This document shows positions 56,013 to 64,000 of a stretch of 64,000 nt of DNA, one piece after another. The number at the start of each line of letters is the position of its first letter. Positions within the stretch are counted from its first letter, which is position 1. The position numbers and the translations under genes are program-made. Under the pieces are notes generated by a model. That model was not told the DNA's origin. It worked only from the letters and a program-made list of their open reading frames with translations, and made no database searches. The stretch lies in the NCBI GenBank assembly GCA_020049855.1, contig JAGVLJ010000044.1, forward strand, positions 5,900-69,899, written 5' to 3'. The DNA is from Bacteroidia bacterium (GTDB lineage Bacteria > Bacteroidota > Bacteroidia > UKL13-3).

Positions 56013-58634
56013 ATGAAAAAAGTTTTTATTGTTCAGGTGCTGCTTCTCAGCTTTGTTGCTACGGTGCCGGCACAAAATTTAACCCTCCCTATTTTTAAAA
56101 TTGAAATTGATACCGGGTATTTAAAGGCCATGTACGCCAACCCAGGTGCTGATTTTTATTACCCTGCCGTTTTCAGATTTGACACCATTACCTACCCCTG
56201 CGAAGTGAAATTTAAAGGGGCTTCATCCCTTAATTATCCCAAAAAAAGCTGGGCCATAAAATTTGGAGATAATGTAAACATTTTTGGCGCAAAGCGAATT
56301 AACCTGAATGGCGATTATAAAGACCATTCATATATGCGCAATTTGCTGGTCTTACGTCTGTTTAAAAATGTGCTTTCGGTCGATGGCCCTAATATAACAC
56401 ATGTTAGTTTTAAAGTGAATGGATTGTATGCAGGCGTACATACCCTTATCGAACAGATGGATCAGGATTTTTTGGTAAATCATGGATTGCCGGCTGTTGA
56501 TTTTTACAAAGCCGAAAATCATGGGGCAGGAATGTTTGCCCTAACCAAAGATTCGTATTGGCCATTAGTATGGACCGAGCGAGTAGGGAATGACACCCAC
56601 AATGATCTGAAAATTTTAACCAACAAAATTTTTTACCTGGGCGAAGAGGAGTTCGATTCAAGTATTCATACCATGGTAAATGTAGATAATGTATTAGCCT
56701 TTTTTGCCGTACATTTTGCCAATACTGCCTTTGATAATTTTAACAAAAATCAATATGTAAATTTTAACGGGATTACTGGCAAATATGAGTGGATACCCTG
56801 GGATAATGAGGGAAGTTTTGGATTTGGTGCTTTTGGTAACTTTGATACCAGCAATATTGATTATTTGCTGGAGGACTCATACACGGGCGAGTATAATGTG
56901 CTTTTTCAGCGCTTAATTGCTAACGATTCAATACGGGGGCTTTTTAATGACAAGGTGCGTAGAATAATTAATGAGGGATATAGTTATTTGGATACGCTAG
57001 TGTACAACACAGCCAACAGGATTCGAAATGACGTGTATCAGGATTCTACCAAAGAAACATCGAATGCCGAATTTGAAAGCGACCTGACCAGGTTGCGGCT
57101 TTTTATGACAGAGCGAAAAGCTTTTCTTACGGCCAACCAAGTGCCAAAACATTACCGGCTCACTGATTTTTATAATTCAAATCCTTTTCCCAATCCAACT
57201 TATCCGCTGGCTGATATACGGGTAAAATCTGAAGCTAAACAGAGAGTATTTATGTATCTGGCCGATTCGTTAACCTTTGACATTTTTGGCCGACCGTTCA
57301 ATTTAAAACGAATTGAATTGTATGATGACGGTGTGCATAACGACCTTTTGGCAAATGATCTGGTGTATGGAAATACGATAAATGCTCAGGCATTTTACAG
57401 TAAATATATTCCGTATTCCTTTACCGGGGGATATCAAAATTATCCATCAAACGGGCTTTTTTATATTGATTATTACCGATCCAAATCTTTTGCATTTAAC
57501 AAAGCGAATGCTGACAATAATTTGGGTGCACGATTACGCATTGGGCGAACCTTTAAGCAAAGTAGTTCTTATTTTGTAGAAATAGTAAATACTTCATCAA
57601 CTCAATCCGCAGATATTTCCTATTGCCATTTCAGGGTTAATGCAGCCTATAAGGACCTGATGTTTTTGCATAACACCCTGTTGCAGCCGGGTGATACCCT
57701 CATCATTACCAACGATACTATGATGGCACGCAAAGCATTTCAGGGCAAGAGAATATGCAATGTTTCGTTGTATTTCAATTTCAAGGAAAAAGATTTGTTT
57801 GAAATTCTCTCCCCTGCACTTACTCCGATTACTTCCAAAACACTGCTTTTCTTTGATGAGATACCTTTTCCGGCTACCTATTCGGTAGTGATCAATGAAA
57901 TTAATTATAATTCACCAGGTAACCACAACACAGGCGACTGGATTGAATTATATAACCCCAACAACCAGTCGGTTGATTTGAGCAGTTGGATTTTTCGTGA
58001 CGCTTCAGATGCACATAATTATATCTTCCCAAATGGAACAATTATACAACCAGATTCATTCTTGGTAGTGTGTGAGGATACGTTGGGCTATACTTTATTT
58101 AACAATACCAATATCCAGTACTTAGGGAATCTTGGGTATGGGTTTTCAGGTGCCGGAGAGTTGATTCGCTTATTTAATGCTAATGGGCAGCTAATAGATT
58201 CCGTTATGTATGATGATGTATTGCCTTGGCCAACCGCAGCCGATGCTAAAGGTCCTTCGCTTGAACTTAAAAATTTTAACTGGGACAATGCGCTTGCTTC
58301 TTCCTGGTATGCTTTTGAAGGAGATTATGGCACACCCGGCAGACGAAATCATATTGTGACTGTGGGAATAGCCGGAACAAAGTTGGCCGACAACGATTTT
58401 TTTCAATTGTATCCAAACCCAAATAACGGAACATTCACGGTGGCCTTACCTGCAGAAGTGGATGCCATTAACCTTAGGGTGATAAATATGCTGGGCGAAG
58501 AAATTTATACAATGCACGAAAAAAATGCTACAACTTTATATGCCCAACTACCCTCTGTGAATCCGGGAGTTTATATTGTTTCTATACAGGCTGGCAGTCG
58601 TAGCGTGAGCAAAAAGATGGTTATAAGCTACTGA
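56013..58634 (+). CDS. CotH kinase-family protein with lamin-tail domain and T9SS type-A C-terminal sorting domain
   Basis: 873 aa; signal peptide; N-terminal CotH-like region (KKSWAIKF...RNLLVLRLF). LTD motif (GDWIELYNPNNQSVDLSSWIFRD). Por-type CTD at the C-terminus. Confidence 0.75.
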   Translation: MKKVFIVQVLLLSFVATVPAQNLTLPIFKIEIDTGYLKAMYANPGADFYYPAVFRFDTITYPCEVKFKGASSLNYPKKSWAIKFGDNVNIFGAKRINLNGDYKDHSYMRNLLVLRLFKNVLSVDGPNITHVSFKVNGLYAGVHTLIEQMDQDFLVNHGLPAVDFYKAENHGAGMFALTKDSYWPLVWTERVGNDTHNDLKILTNKIFYLGEEEFDSSIHTMVNVDNVLAFFAVHFANTAFDNFNKNQYVNFNGITGKYEWIPWDNEGSFGFGAFGNFDTSNIDYLLEDSYTGEYNVLFQRLIANDSIRGLFNDKVRRIINEGYSYLDTLVYNTANRIRNDVYQDSTKETSNAEFESDLTRLRLFMTERKAFLTANQVPKHYRLTDFYNSNPFPNPTYPLADIRVKSEAKQRVFMYLADSLTFDIFGRPFNLKRIELYDDGVHNDLLANDLVYGNTINAQAFYSKYIPYSFTGGYQNYPSNGLFYIDYYRSKSFAFNKANADNNLGARLRIGRTFKQSSSYFVEIVNTSSTQSADISYCHFRVNAAYKDLMFLHNTLLQPGDTLIITNDTMMARKAFQGKRICNVSLYFNFKEKDLFEILSPALTPITSKTLLFFDEIPFPATYSVVINEINYNSPGNHNTGDWIELYNPNNQSVDLSSWIFRDASDAHNYIFPNGTIIQPDSFLVVCEDTLGYTLFNNTNIQYLGNLGYGFSGAGELIRLFNANGQLIDSVMYDDVLPWPTAADAKGPSLELKNFNWDNALASSWYAFEGDYGTPGRRNHIVTVGIAGTKLADNDFFQLYPNPNNGTFTVALPAEVDAINLRVINMLGEEIYTMHEKNATTLYAQLPSVNPGVYIVSIQAGSRSVSKKMVISY

Positions 58635-58764
58635 TTAAATGGGTATCAGGTGGTGAATAGCGTAGCAGGTTAGTTTGTTTTCGCAGGGTTTATCTCCCTT
58701 AAAATATGCAAACAACTTTCGGTAATTCTTCTTACTTTTGGCGTTCAAAAAAAGAATAAAGTTC

Positions 58765-59865
58765 ATGACAACAGTTGCTTTAAAAACTACCTCGTTAACC
58801 GAGTTGCACAAATCGATAGGTGCTAAAATGGTTCCATTTGCCGGATACAATATGCCTGTTTTGTACAGCAATTTAATTCAGGAACATCATGCCGTTCGTA
58901 ATTCGGTAGGCGTGTTTGATGTAAGCCATATGGGCGAATTTATGCTGAAAGGTCCCAAAGCACTTGATTTAATTCAGGACGTAACTTCAAACGATGCTTC
59001 CAAACTTACTGACGGGAAAGTGCAGTACAGTTGTTTGCCCAATGATAAAGGTGGCATTGTTGATGATTTACTTGTTTACCGCTGGAAAGAGGATGAATAC
59101 TATTTGGTAGTGAATGCTTCCAACATAGAAAAAGACTGGGAGTGGATAAGTAACCACAATACCTACGGAGTAGAAATGGTGAATATGAGTGATGACATGT
59201 CGTTACTCGCAGTTCAGGGCCCAAATGCTGTGAAAACCCTTCAAAAACTTACTTCGGTTGATTTAGGGTCAATGGAATATTACACCTTTACAGCAGGCAC
59301 ACTGGCAGGAATTGAAGGGGTGATTATTTCAAATACCGGCTATACCGGTGCGGGTGGTTTTGAATTGTATGTAATGAACAATGACGCACACAAATTATGG
59401 GATGCCGTGATGGAAGCCGGAGCCGAGTTTGGAATTAAACCATGTGGATTAGGCGCCAGGGATACCCTTCGTTTGGAAATGGGATTTTGCCTATACGGAC
59501 ATGATATAAATGATGAGACTTCACCTATGGAAGCCGGTCTTGGCTGGATAACTAAATTCACTAAAAATTTTACCATGAGTGATTACCATAAAAAACTCAA
59601 GGAAGAGGGAGTGAAGAAAAAATTGGTTGGTTTTGAAATGATAGAACGTGGCATTCCACGCCAACATTATGAAATTGTAGATGGACAAGGGAATATTATA
59701 GGGGAGGTAACTTCCGGTACTCAGTCACCATCGCTTAGCAAAGCCATTGGGATGGGATATGTGAAAACTGAATACAGTAAATTGAATACAGAGATTTTTA
59801 TCAATATCCGCGAAACCCGCATCAAAGCCCGAGTTACTAAACTGCCTTTTTTGCAAAAGCAGTAG
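58765..59865 (+). CDS. gcvT: glycine cleavage system aminomethyltransferase T
   Basis: GcvT family throughout ([16 protein letters not shown]...). The ORF-track start at 58738 is an alternative. Confidence 0.9.
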   Translation: MTTVALKTTSLTELHKSIGAKMVPFAGYNMPVLYSNLIQEHHAVRNSVGVFDVSHMGEFMLKGPKALDLIQDVTSNDASKLTDGKVQYSCLPNDKGGIVDDLLVYRWKEDEYYLVVNASNIEKDWEWISNHNTYGVEMVNMSDDMSLLAVQGPNAVKTLQKLTSVDLGSMEYYTFTAGTLAGIEGVIISNTGYTGAGGFELYVMNNDAHKLWDAVMEAGAEFGIKPCGLGARDTLRLEMGFCLYGHDINDETSPMEAGLGWITKFTKNFTMSDYHKKLKEEGVKKKLVGFEMIERGIPRQHYEIVDGQGNIIGEVTSGTQSPSLSKAIGMGYVKTEYSKLNTEIFINIRETRIKARVTKLPFLQKQ

Positions 59866-59897
59866 CTCTTACGGCATCATTCCTAACCCATAAGGCC

Positions 59898-60620
59898 ATG
59901 AAGCAAATAGATGTAGTTCTTACCCCAGCCATGCTCCCCCTTTATCAAATTGAAGGGAAAGTGGTAGTGGTTATTGATATACTCCGGGCTACTTCTTCTA
60001 TTTGTGTGGCCTTTAACACCGGAGTTCAAAAAATTCTTCCGGTAAGTACCCCCGAAGAATGTGCCACCTATCAATACAAAGGATTTGTGTGTGCAGCCGA
60101 GCGTGACGGAATGGTGGTAGATGGGTTTGATATTGGTAATTCTCCTTTTAGCTATATGGATGAAAACCTGAAAGGAAGAAACATTGCCCTTACCACTACC
60201 AATGGAACTTATGCCATTGAACATGCCCGCCATGCCGCCATAGTGGTTATTGGTTCATTTTTAAACCTACAGGCAATTTGTACCTGGCTGATGAAGCAAA
60301 ACAACGATGTGATTTTATTATGTGCCGGATGGAAAAATAAATTCAATCTCGAAGACACCCTGTTTGCCGGAGCAGTTTGCTGCCACCTCAAAAAAGAATT
60401 TTCACTGTGCAGCGATGCATCTATTGCCGCTTCCGATTTATTTATGCTGGCCAAGGATAACCTGTATGGCTATATTCTTAAGTCGTCACATGCCCATCGA
60501 TTTAAAAAACTGAATATTGAACGCGATATTGAATTTTGCCTGCAGCAAAGTATTTTTACGGAGATTCCGGTATTGAGTGGCGATTACCTGATAAAAATGG
60601 AATTACCCCAAAGAGGCTAA
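59898..60620 (+). CDS. comB: 2-phosphosulfolactate phosphatase family protein
   Basis: 240 aa; ComB family N-terminus (VVVIDILRATSSI) and length. Confidence 0.75.
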   Translation: MKQIDVVLTPAMLPLYQIEGKVVVVIDILRATSSICVAFNTGVQKILPVSTPEECATYQYKGFVCAAERDGMVVDGFDIGNSPFSYMDENLKGRNIALTTTNGTYAIEHARHAAIVVIGSFLNLQAICTWLMKQNNDVILLCAGWKNKFNLEDTLFAGAVCCHLKKEFSLCSDASIAASDLFMLAKDNLYGYILKSSHAHRFKKLNIERDIEFCLQQSIFTEIPVLSGDYLIKMELPQRG

Positions 60621-60679
60621 ATAACTCAACTTGCTATTCTGCAATTTTACTTTTACATTGCCTCTGATTTAGGGTATAC

Positions 60680-62122
60680 ATGGAAACCAACACGCTTACT
60701 TCAACAGGTATTTTTGATTTAGCTTTTATTTTAAATGTGGACACGCAAATTTTAAATTTTGCTTCGTCTGACGATACCCTGCTTTTTGTAAGCCCTGAAC
60801 AATTTCTGGGCAAAAGAGTAATAGAGGTATTGCCTACCGAGGTCGCTGCTATTTGTCTGGAAAGTATTAAAAAAGCATTTAATACCAAGGCGTCAGCCAC
60901 GTGCGAATATTGTCTGGAGATTGATGGTACGGCTGTTTTCTTTAAAGCAGTGGTAAGTCCGTTACATGATGCCAGTTTGCTAAGTCCCCGTCAAGCTATT
61001 GTTACCATTCAGGATATTACCCGGAATAAACTTCAGGCAAGCGAGTGTGTGGAACTTAACAATCGTTTTCGAACCATTTTCGAAACGGCAAATGCAGGGA
61101 TGGTTTTTGCCAATAAGCATGGAATAATAGTGGAGCTAAACAACGCCTTTGCGGAAATGGTGGGCTACACGGCTGACGAATTAAAGAATAATCATTTTAG
61201 TCTGTTTATCCATCCCGGTGAAATGCAGGATGAAAGTATGCTGTTAAAAAAGGTGGCTGATTCTGAAATTCACGATGTGCGCTTAGAAAGACAAATTAAA
61301 CGGAAAGGGGGGGCTGCTATTTGGTTAGATACTACCATTTCGGCCATTCGGGATGAGGCGGGCGAATTAAAATATTTTGTTGGAATTTGCACTGATATTA
61401 CGAAGCTTAAAGAACAGAAATTAGAACTGGAAGCACTCAATGCAACCAAGGATAAATTATTTTCTATTATCGCCCACGATTTACGCAATCCGCTCAATGT
61501 AATTTCTGGACTCGTGAATATTTTGGTTACTGATTTCGACAAGGAAGAACAGCGTGGCGAATCAAAACAAATTTTGGATATGCTCTCCCAATCAACCCTT
61601 GGAGCAAATATTTTGCTCGAAAATTTATTGCAATGGGCAAGAGCGCAAACCAATTCTATTTCATTCTATCCAACCAAAACAGAATTAAAATTTATAGCTG
61701 ACGATGTGATTCACCAACTGGCGGGGATGGCTCATGCTAAAAATATTTCACTTATATCTTCAGTAAAAAGTGAACAGCCCTACCTGCTCGACTGGCAAAT
61801 GATAAGCACCATTTTGCGCAACCTGATGACGAATGCCATTAAATTCACTGCTGAAGGTGGAAGAGTTGAATTGACTGTCTGTGCCCATGAACGTGATATT
61901 TCATTTGAGGTAAAAGACAACGGCATTGGCATGGATAAAAACCGTGTGAATCATCTTTTTGATGCCAACCATATTCAAATCACTACCGGCACCGCCAATG
62001 AAAAAGGTACCGGACTGGGTTTATTAGTGTGTAAAGAGTTTGCCAAAGCCCATGGCGGAACCCTCACCGTTACCAGCGAAACCGGAAAGGGAAGTACGTT
62101 TACCTTACGTATCCCTCAATAA
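60680..62122 (+). CDS. PAS-domain sensor histidine kinase
   Basis: 480 aa; two PAS-like regions, HisKA H-box (FSIIAHDLRNPLN) and HATPase_c (N, G1 DNGIGM, G2 GTGLGL). Confidence 0.85.
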   Translation: METNTLTSTGIFDLAFILNVDTQILNFASSDDTLLFVSPEQFLGKRVIEVLPTEVAAICLESIKKAFNTKASATCEYCLEIDGTAVFFKAVVSPLHDASLLSPRQAIVTIQDITRNKLQASECVELNNRFRTIFETANAGMVFANKHGIIVELNNAFAEMVGYTADELKNNHFSLFIHPGEMQDESMLLKKVADSEIHDVRLERQIKRKGGAAIWLDTTISAIRDEAGELKYFVGICTDITKLKEQKLELEALNATKDKLFSIIAHDLRNPLNVISGLVNILVTDFDKEEQRGESKQILDMLSQSTLGANILLENLLQWARAQTNSISFYPTKTELKFIADDVIHQLAGMAHAKNISLISSVKSEQPYLLDWQMISTILRNLMTNAIKFTAEGGRVELTVCAHERDISFEVKDNGIGMDKNRVNHLFDANHIQITTGTANEKGTGLGLLVCKEFAKAHGGTLTVTSETGKGSTFTLRIPQ

Positions 62123-62190
62123 AATATAAATCGTTATATACTTTTTTCACTGGATTTATAATTATTTTTATACCTGAAGTAAACCATGTA

Positions 62191-63216
62191 TTGAAAGTAC
62201 TGCCTACATATCTTCGGTGGATTTTTATTACGTGCAGCCTGTTCATGTCGTTTTCGTATTGCATAGCTCAGTCTGACAGCAGCAACGTTTTGAATTCCTT
62301 TTCCGAAAAGCCGCCTTCCTATAAAGGCATTTCAGCAGCAAATATATGGGTTACTTATTTTAATGATTTTGAGTTTAACCCCGCCACTACCGCCTATTAT
62401 ACTAAGTTGAACTTAAATGTAAACCGGCAATTTTCGTTTATGGGGAAGTACTACCTTACTGATGCCTTAAATGGAAGAATTAACTGGAAACTCAAACAGG
62501 CTTTTGGATTTTCTCTCAGGTATGAGCATGAAAGCAAGGGATTGACTGTTTGGCAAACAGCAGCACTGGCTCTTAATTGGAGAGTTGGCATTGGAAAACG
62601 CTGACTTCTTTCGTCAGCTCTGGAAACTTCGTTTATTAAATCACAGTACGACTGGCAAAAAATAACGCTGGCCGACATGATTCAGACAGGGACATTTCCT
62701 GTGTATAAGTCACCTATGCAATTATTTCCTAATTCTGTACTGGTACCTGATTTTAATGCAGGCATCATCTTTACCAACAAAAGGGTATTGACGGAAGTTA
62801 CCTGTTTACATTTAACGAGCCCCAATCTGGCCTTCTTTAAGACTCCGGGGGCGGAAGGTGTTTTACGAAGCATTATCAGAAGTAGGGTTAATTATATTAT
62901 TCAAGGTTGGAAGGGGGACAATGCAAGATTTTCCCTTCTTGCGGGTGCGTCTGGTCGTTTGGAAATAACAGATGGCTTATTTGTTTATTCCGGATTGCTT
63001 ACCTTAAAGTTCGATAACTGGGCCGGAACATTTGAGCAATATTCAGACAAGTCGTGGGGAGTAAATTTTTCGGTAATGTCGAAACCCAAAAATAAGTACA
63101 GCCCCAACCAGTTCAGACTGAATGTAGGGTATAGAAATTACCAGGCTGTAACGCGTCATTTCGGAGTGCCGGTGGGGCAGTTTCGATTTGCATTAAATTA
63201 TCATTTTGGTATTTAG
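62191..63216 (+). pseudogene. PorP/SprF-like outer-membrane beta-barrel protein gene interrupted by a single in-frame TGA (62602-62604)
   Basis: The two ORF-track fragments (62191-62604 and 62677-63216) share a frame, and no other stop lies between them. The joined 341-aa product has a signal peptide, an FNPA motif and an aromatic-rich C-terminal strand. Confidence 0.45.
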
Positions 63217-63234
63217 TACAAAGGAAAAAGGTCA

Positions 63235-63696
63235 ATGAAAAATATTATTTTATTACTTTCGGTTTTTATAATGATGGCAGGCTGCAAAGATGAATTCAGC
63301 AACAATGCTGATCAGTTAAAATATCAGTACACATGGTTTTTTAATAATCATTGCGGAGGGTATTTGGTAGCGGCAGTGCCTAATTCGTTTTATAGTTCGG
63401 AGCGGAAAGTTCCATACCTGTGGGGAGTTCGATTCTCCACCCATTATTACGTTGACTCATGTGGCGGTGTGCCAAACTACTCCGACTCCGGGGTTAAATC
63501 TTTTTTTCTGGAGGTGCGTGATTTGGAGGATCGCTTATATTTTCGAACCAACCATATTTTAGATTACTGGAACGGGACAAGCGCCATGAATGCAGGAGGG
63601 AACGTTCCCGGAGGGTTATACCTGTGGAAATTTCGCTTAGAAGATTTAGATGGAGTAATACACGAAGAGCGGGGCACGGTAAACGTACTGTACTAG
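63235..63696 (+). CDS. hypothetical lipoprotein
   Basis: 153 aa; lipoprotein signal (MMAGCKD). No recognisable family. Confidence 0.45.
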   Translation: MKNIILLLSVFIMMAGCKDEFSNNADQLKYQYTWFFNNHCGGYLVAAVPNSFYSSERKVPYLWGVRFSTHYYVDSCGGVPNYSDSGVKSFFLEVRDLEDRLYFRTNHILDYWNGTSAMNAGGNVPGGLYLWKFRLEDLDGVIHEERGTVNVLY

Positions 63697-64000
63697 CCTT
63701 TTCTCGCCAGTACTTTCAACACCGCCTCTACAATATCCGGGGTATCTAGTTTATATTTTTTCAATAAATCTTCAGGAACTCCGCTTTCACCAAAACTATC
63801 GTTTACGGCTACCATTTCAACAGGAGCAGGTGTGTTGCGGGCCAATAACTGACAAATACTATCACCCAGGCCGCCATGTCGCTGGTGCTCTTCGGCTGTT
63901 ACCACACATTTGGTTTTAGCTACGGATTTTAACACAGCCGCTTCGTCCAGCGGTTTTATAGTATGTATATTTATGATTTCGGCATCAATGCCTTTTTCGG
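63693..64000 (-). CDS. transketolase C-terminal subunit (partial; N-terminus beyond window end)
   Basis: The C-terminal about 100 aa (VVTAEEHQRHGGLGDSICQLL...DSFGESG...LLKKYKLD) match the transketolase C-terminal domain. The reading frame continues to the window edge. Confidence 0.65.
   Translation of the reverse strand, partial: EKGIDAEIINIHTIKPLDEAAVLKSVAKTKCVVTAEEHQRHGGLGDSICQLLARNTPAPVEMVAVNDSFGESGVPEDLLKKYKLDTPDIVEAVLKVLARKG

Noticed and set aside
55899-56075. Longest-ORF start (56075) for the GT-C/TPR gene
   Set aside because: It would overlap the divergent CotH gene start (56013) by 63 nt and leave no promoter space. The internal Met at 55898 is preferred, although this remains uncertain.
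62602-62604. In-frame TGA as evidence for genome-wide stop-codon reassignment (TGA=Trp/Gly), or a selenocysteine site
   Set aside because: TGA is used as a genuine stop elsewhere in the window: the Crp/Fnr gene, and the ATGA stop-start overlap of the HAAO and ACMS decarboxylase genes. The local hairpin is short and starts at the TGA itself, unlike a bacterial SECIS. A periplasmic/outer-membrane beta-barrel is an unlikely selenoprotein.
1-64000. Search for tRNA, rRNA, tmRNA, RNase P RNA and mobile elements (IS elements, integrases, phage genes)
   Set aside because: No T-loop/acceptor-like tRNA structures, no rRNA-like conserved blocks, no RNase P or tmRNA signature sequences, and no transposase or integrase ORFs were recognised by eye. 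Absence is not proven without covariance-model searches.

Overview
The 64-kb window appears to come from a Bacteroidetes chromosome, on the basis of about 40% GC, several Type IX secretion (T9SS) C-terminal sorting-domain cargo proteins and compact operons. Coding density is high on both strands. No rRNA, tRNA, CRISPR array or transposase/integrase was recognised.

In coordinate order the window contains:
- The tail of a rhamnose/polysaccharide cluster (SDR epimerase, rmlC, a GT2).
- A tryptophanase/tyrosine-phenol-lyase-family gene and a fasciclin lipoprotein.
- A complete clade-II-type (Sec-dependent) nitrous-oxide reductase cluster on the minus strand: cytochrome c, nosZ, nosB-like, nosL, nosD, nosF, nosY.
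- A divergently transcribed FNR-like Crp/Fnr regulator.
- A norC-norB-like nitric-oxide reductase operon that continues into an unrecognised 598-aa protein and a QueD/PTPS-like gene.
- nadA-nadB.
- A lipoprotein plus di-heme cytochrome c peroxidase pair (MbnP/MbnH-like).
- An S9 peptidase.
- Four large T9SS cargo proteins: a PKD-repeat protein with a type-B sorting domain, a beta-helix adhesin-like protein, an S8 subtilase, and a CotH plus lamin-tail-domain protein.
- A three-gene cassette: mini sorting-signal protein, XrtF-like exosortase, small membrane partner.
- Kynurenine-pathway genes for 3-hydroxyanthranilate dioxygenase and ACMS decarboxylase.
- serS, which carries a frameshift in an A10 homopolymer.
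- lpdA, a PLD-family protein, acyltransferase-3, and AhpD-like plus AMP-ligase genes.
- A CPBP protease and a degenerate Fic-like protein.
- A Ppm/Pmt-like glycosylation operon: a DUF288-like gene, a DPM1-like GT2, and a GT-C membrane glycosyltransferase with TPR repeats.
- gcvT, comB, a PAS histidine kinase, a PorP/SprF-like outer-membrane gene interrupted by an in-frame TGA, and a partial transketolase C-terminal subunit.

The most unusual signals are:
- The tiny sorting-signal-like ORF translationally coupled to the XrtF-like exosortase. As far as I recall, XrtF has no described substrate.
- The uncharacterised 598-aa protein embedded in the norCB operon.
- Three FNR-type boxes tying nos, nor, nadAB and the peroxidase pair to one regulator.
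- A 17-nt motif repeated upstream of norC and of the lyase gene.
- The Ppm/Pmt-like glycosylation operon.
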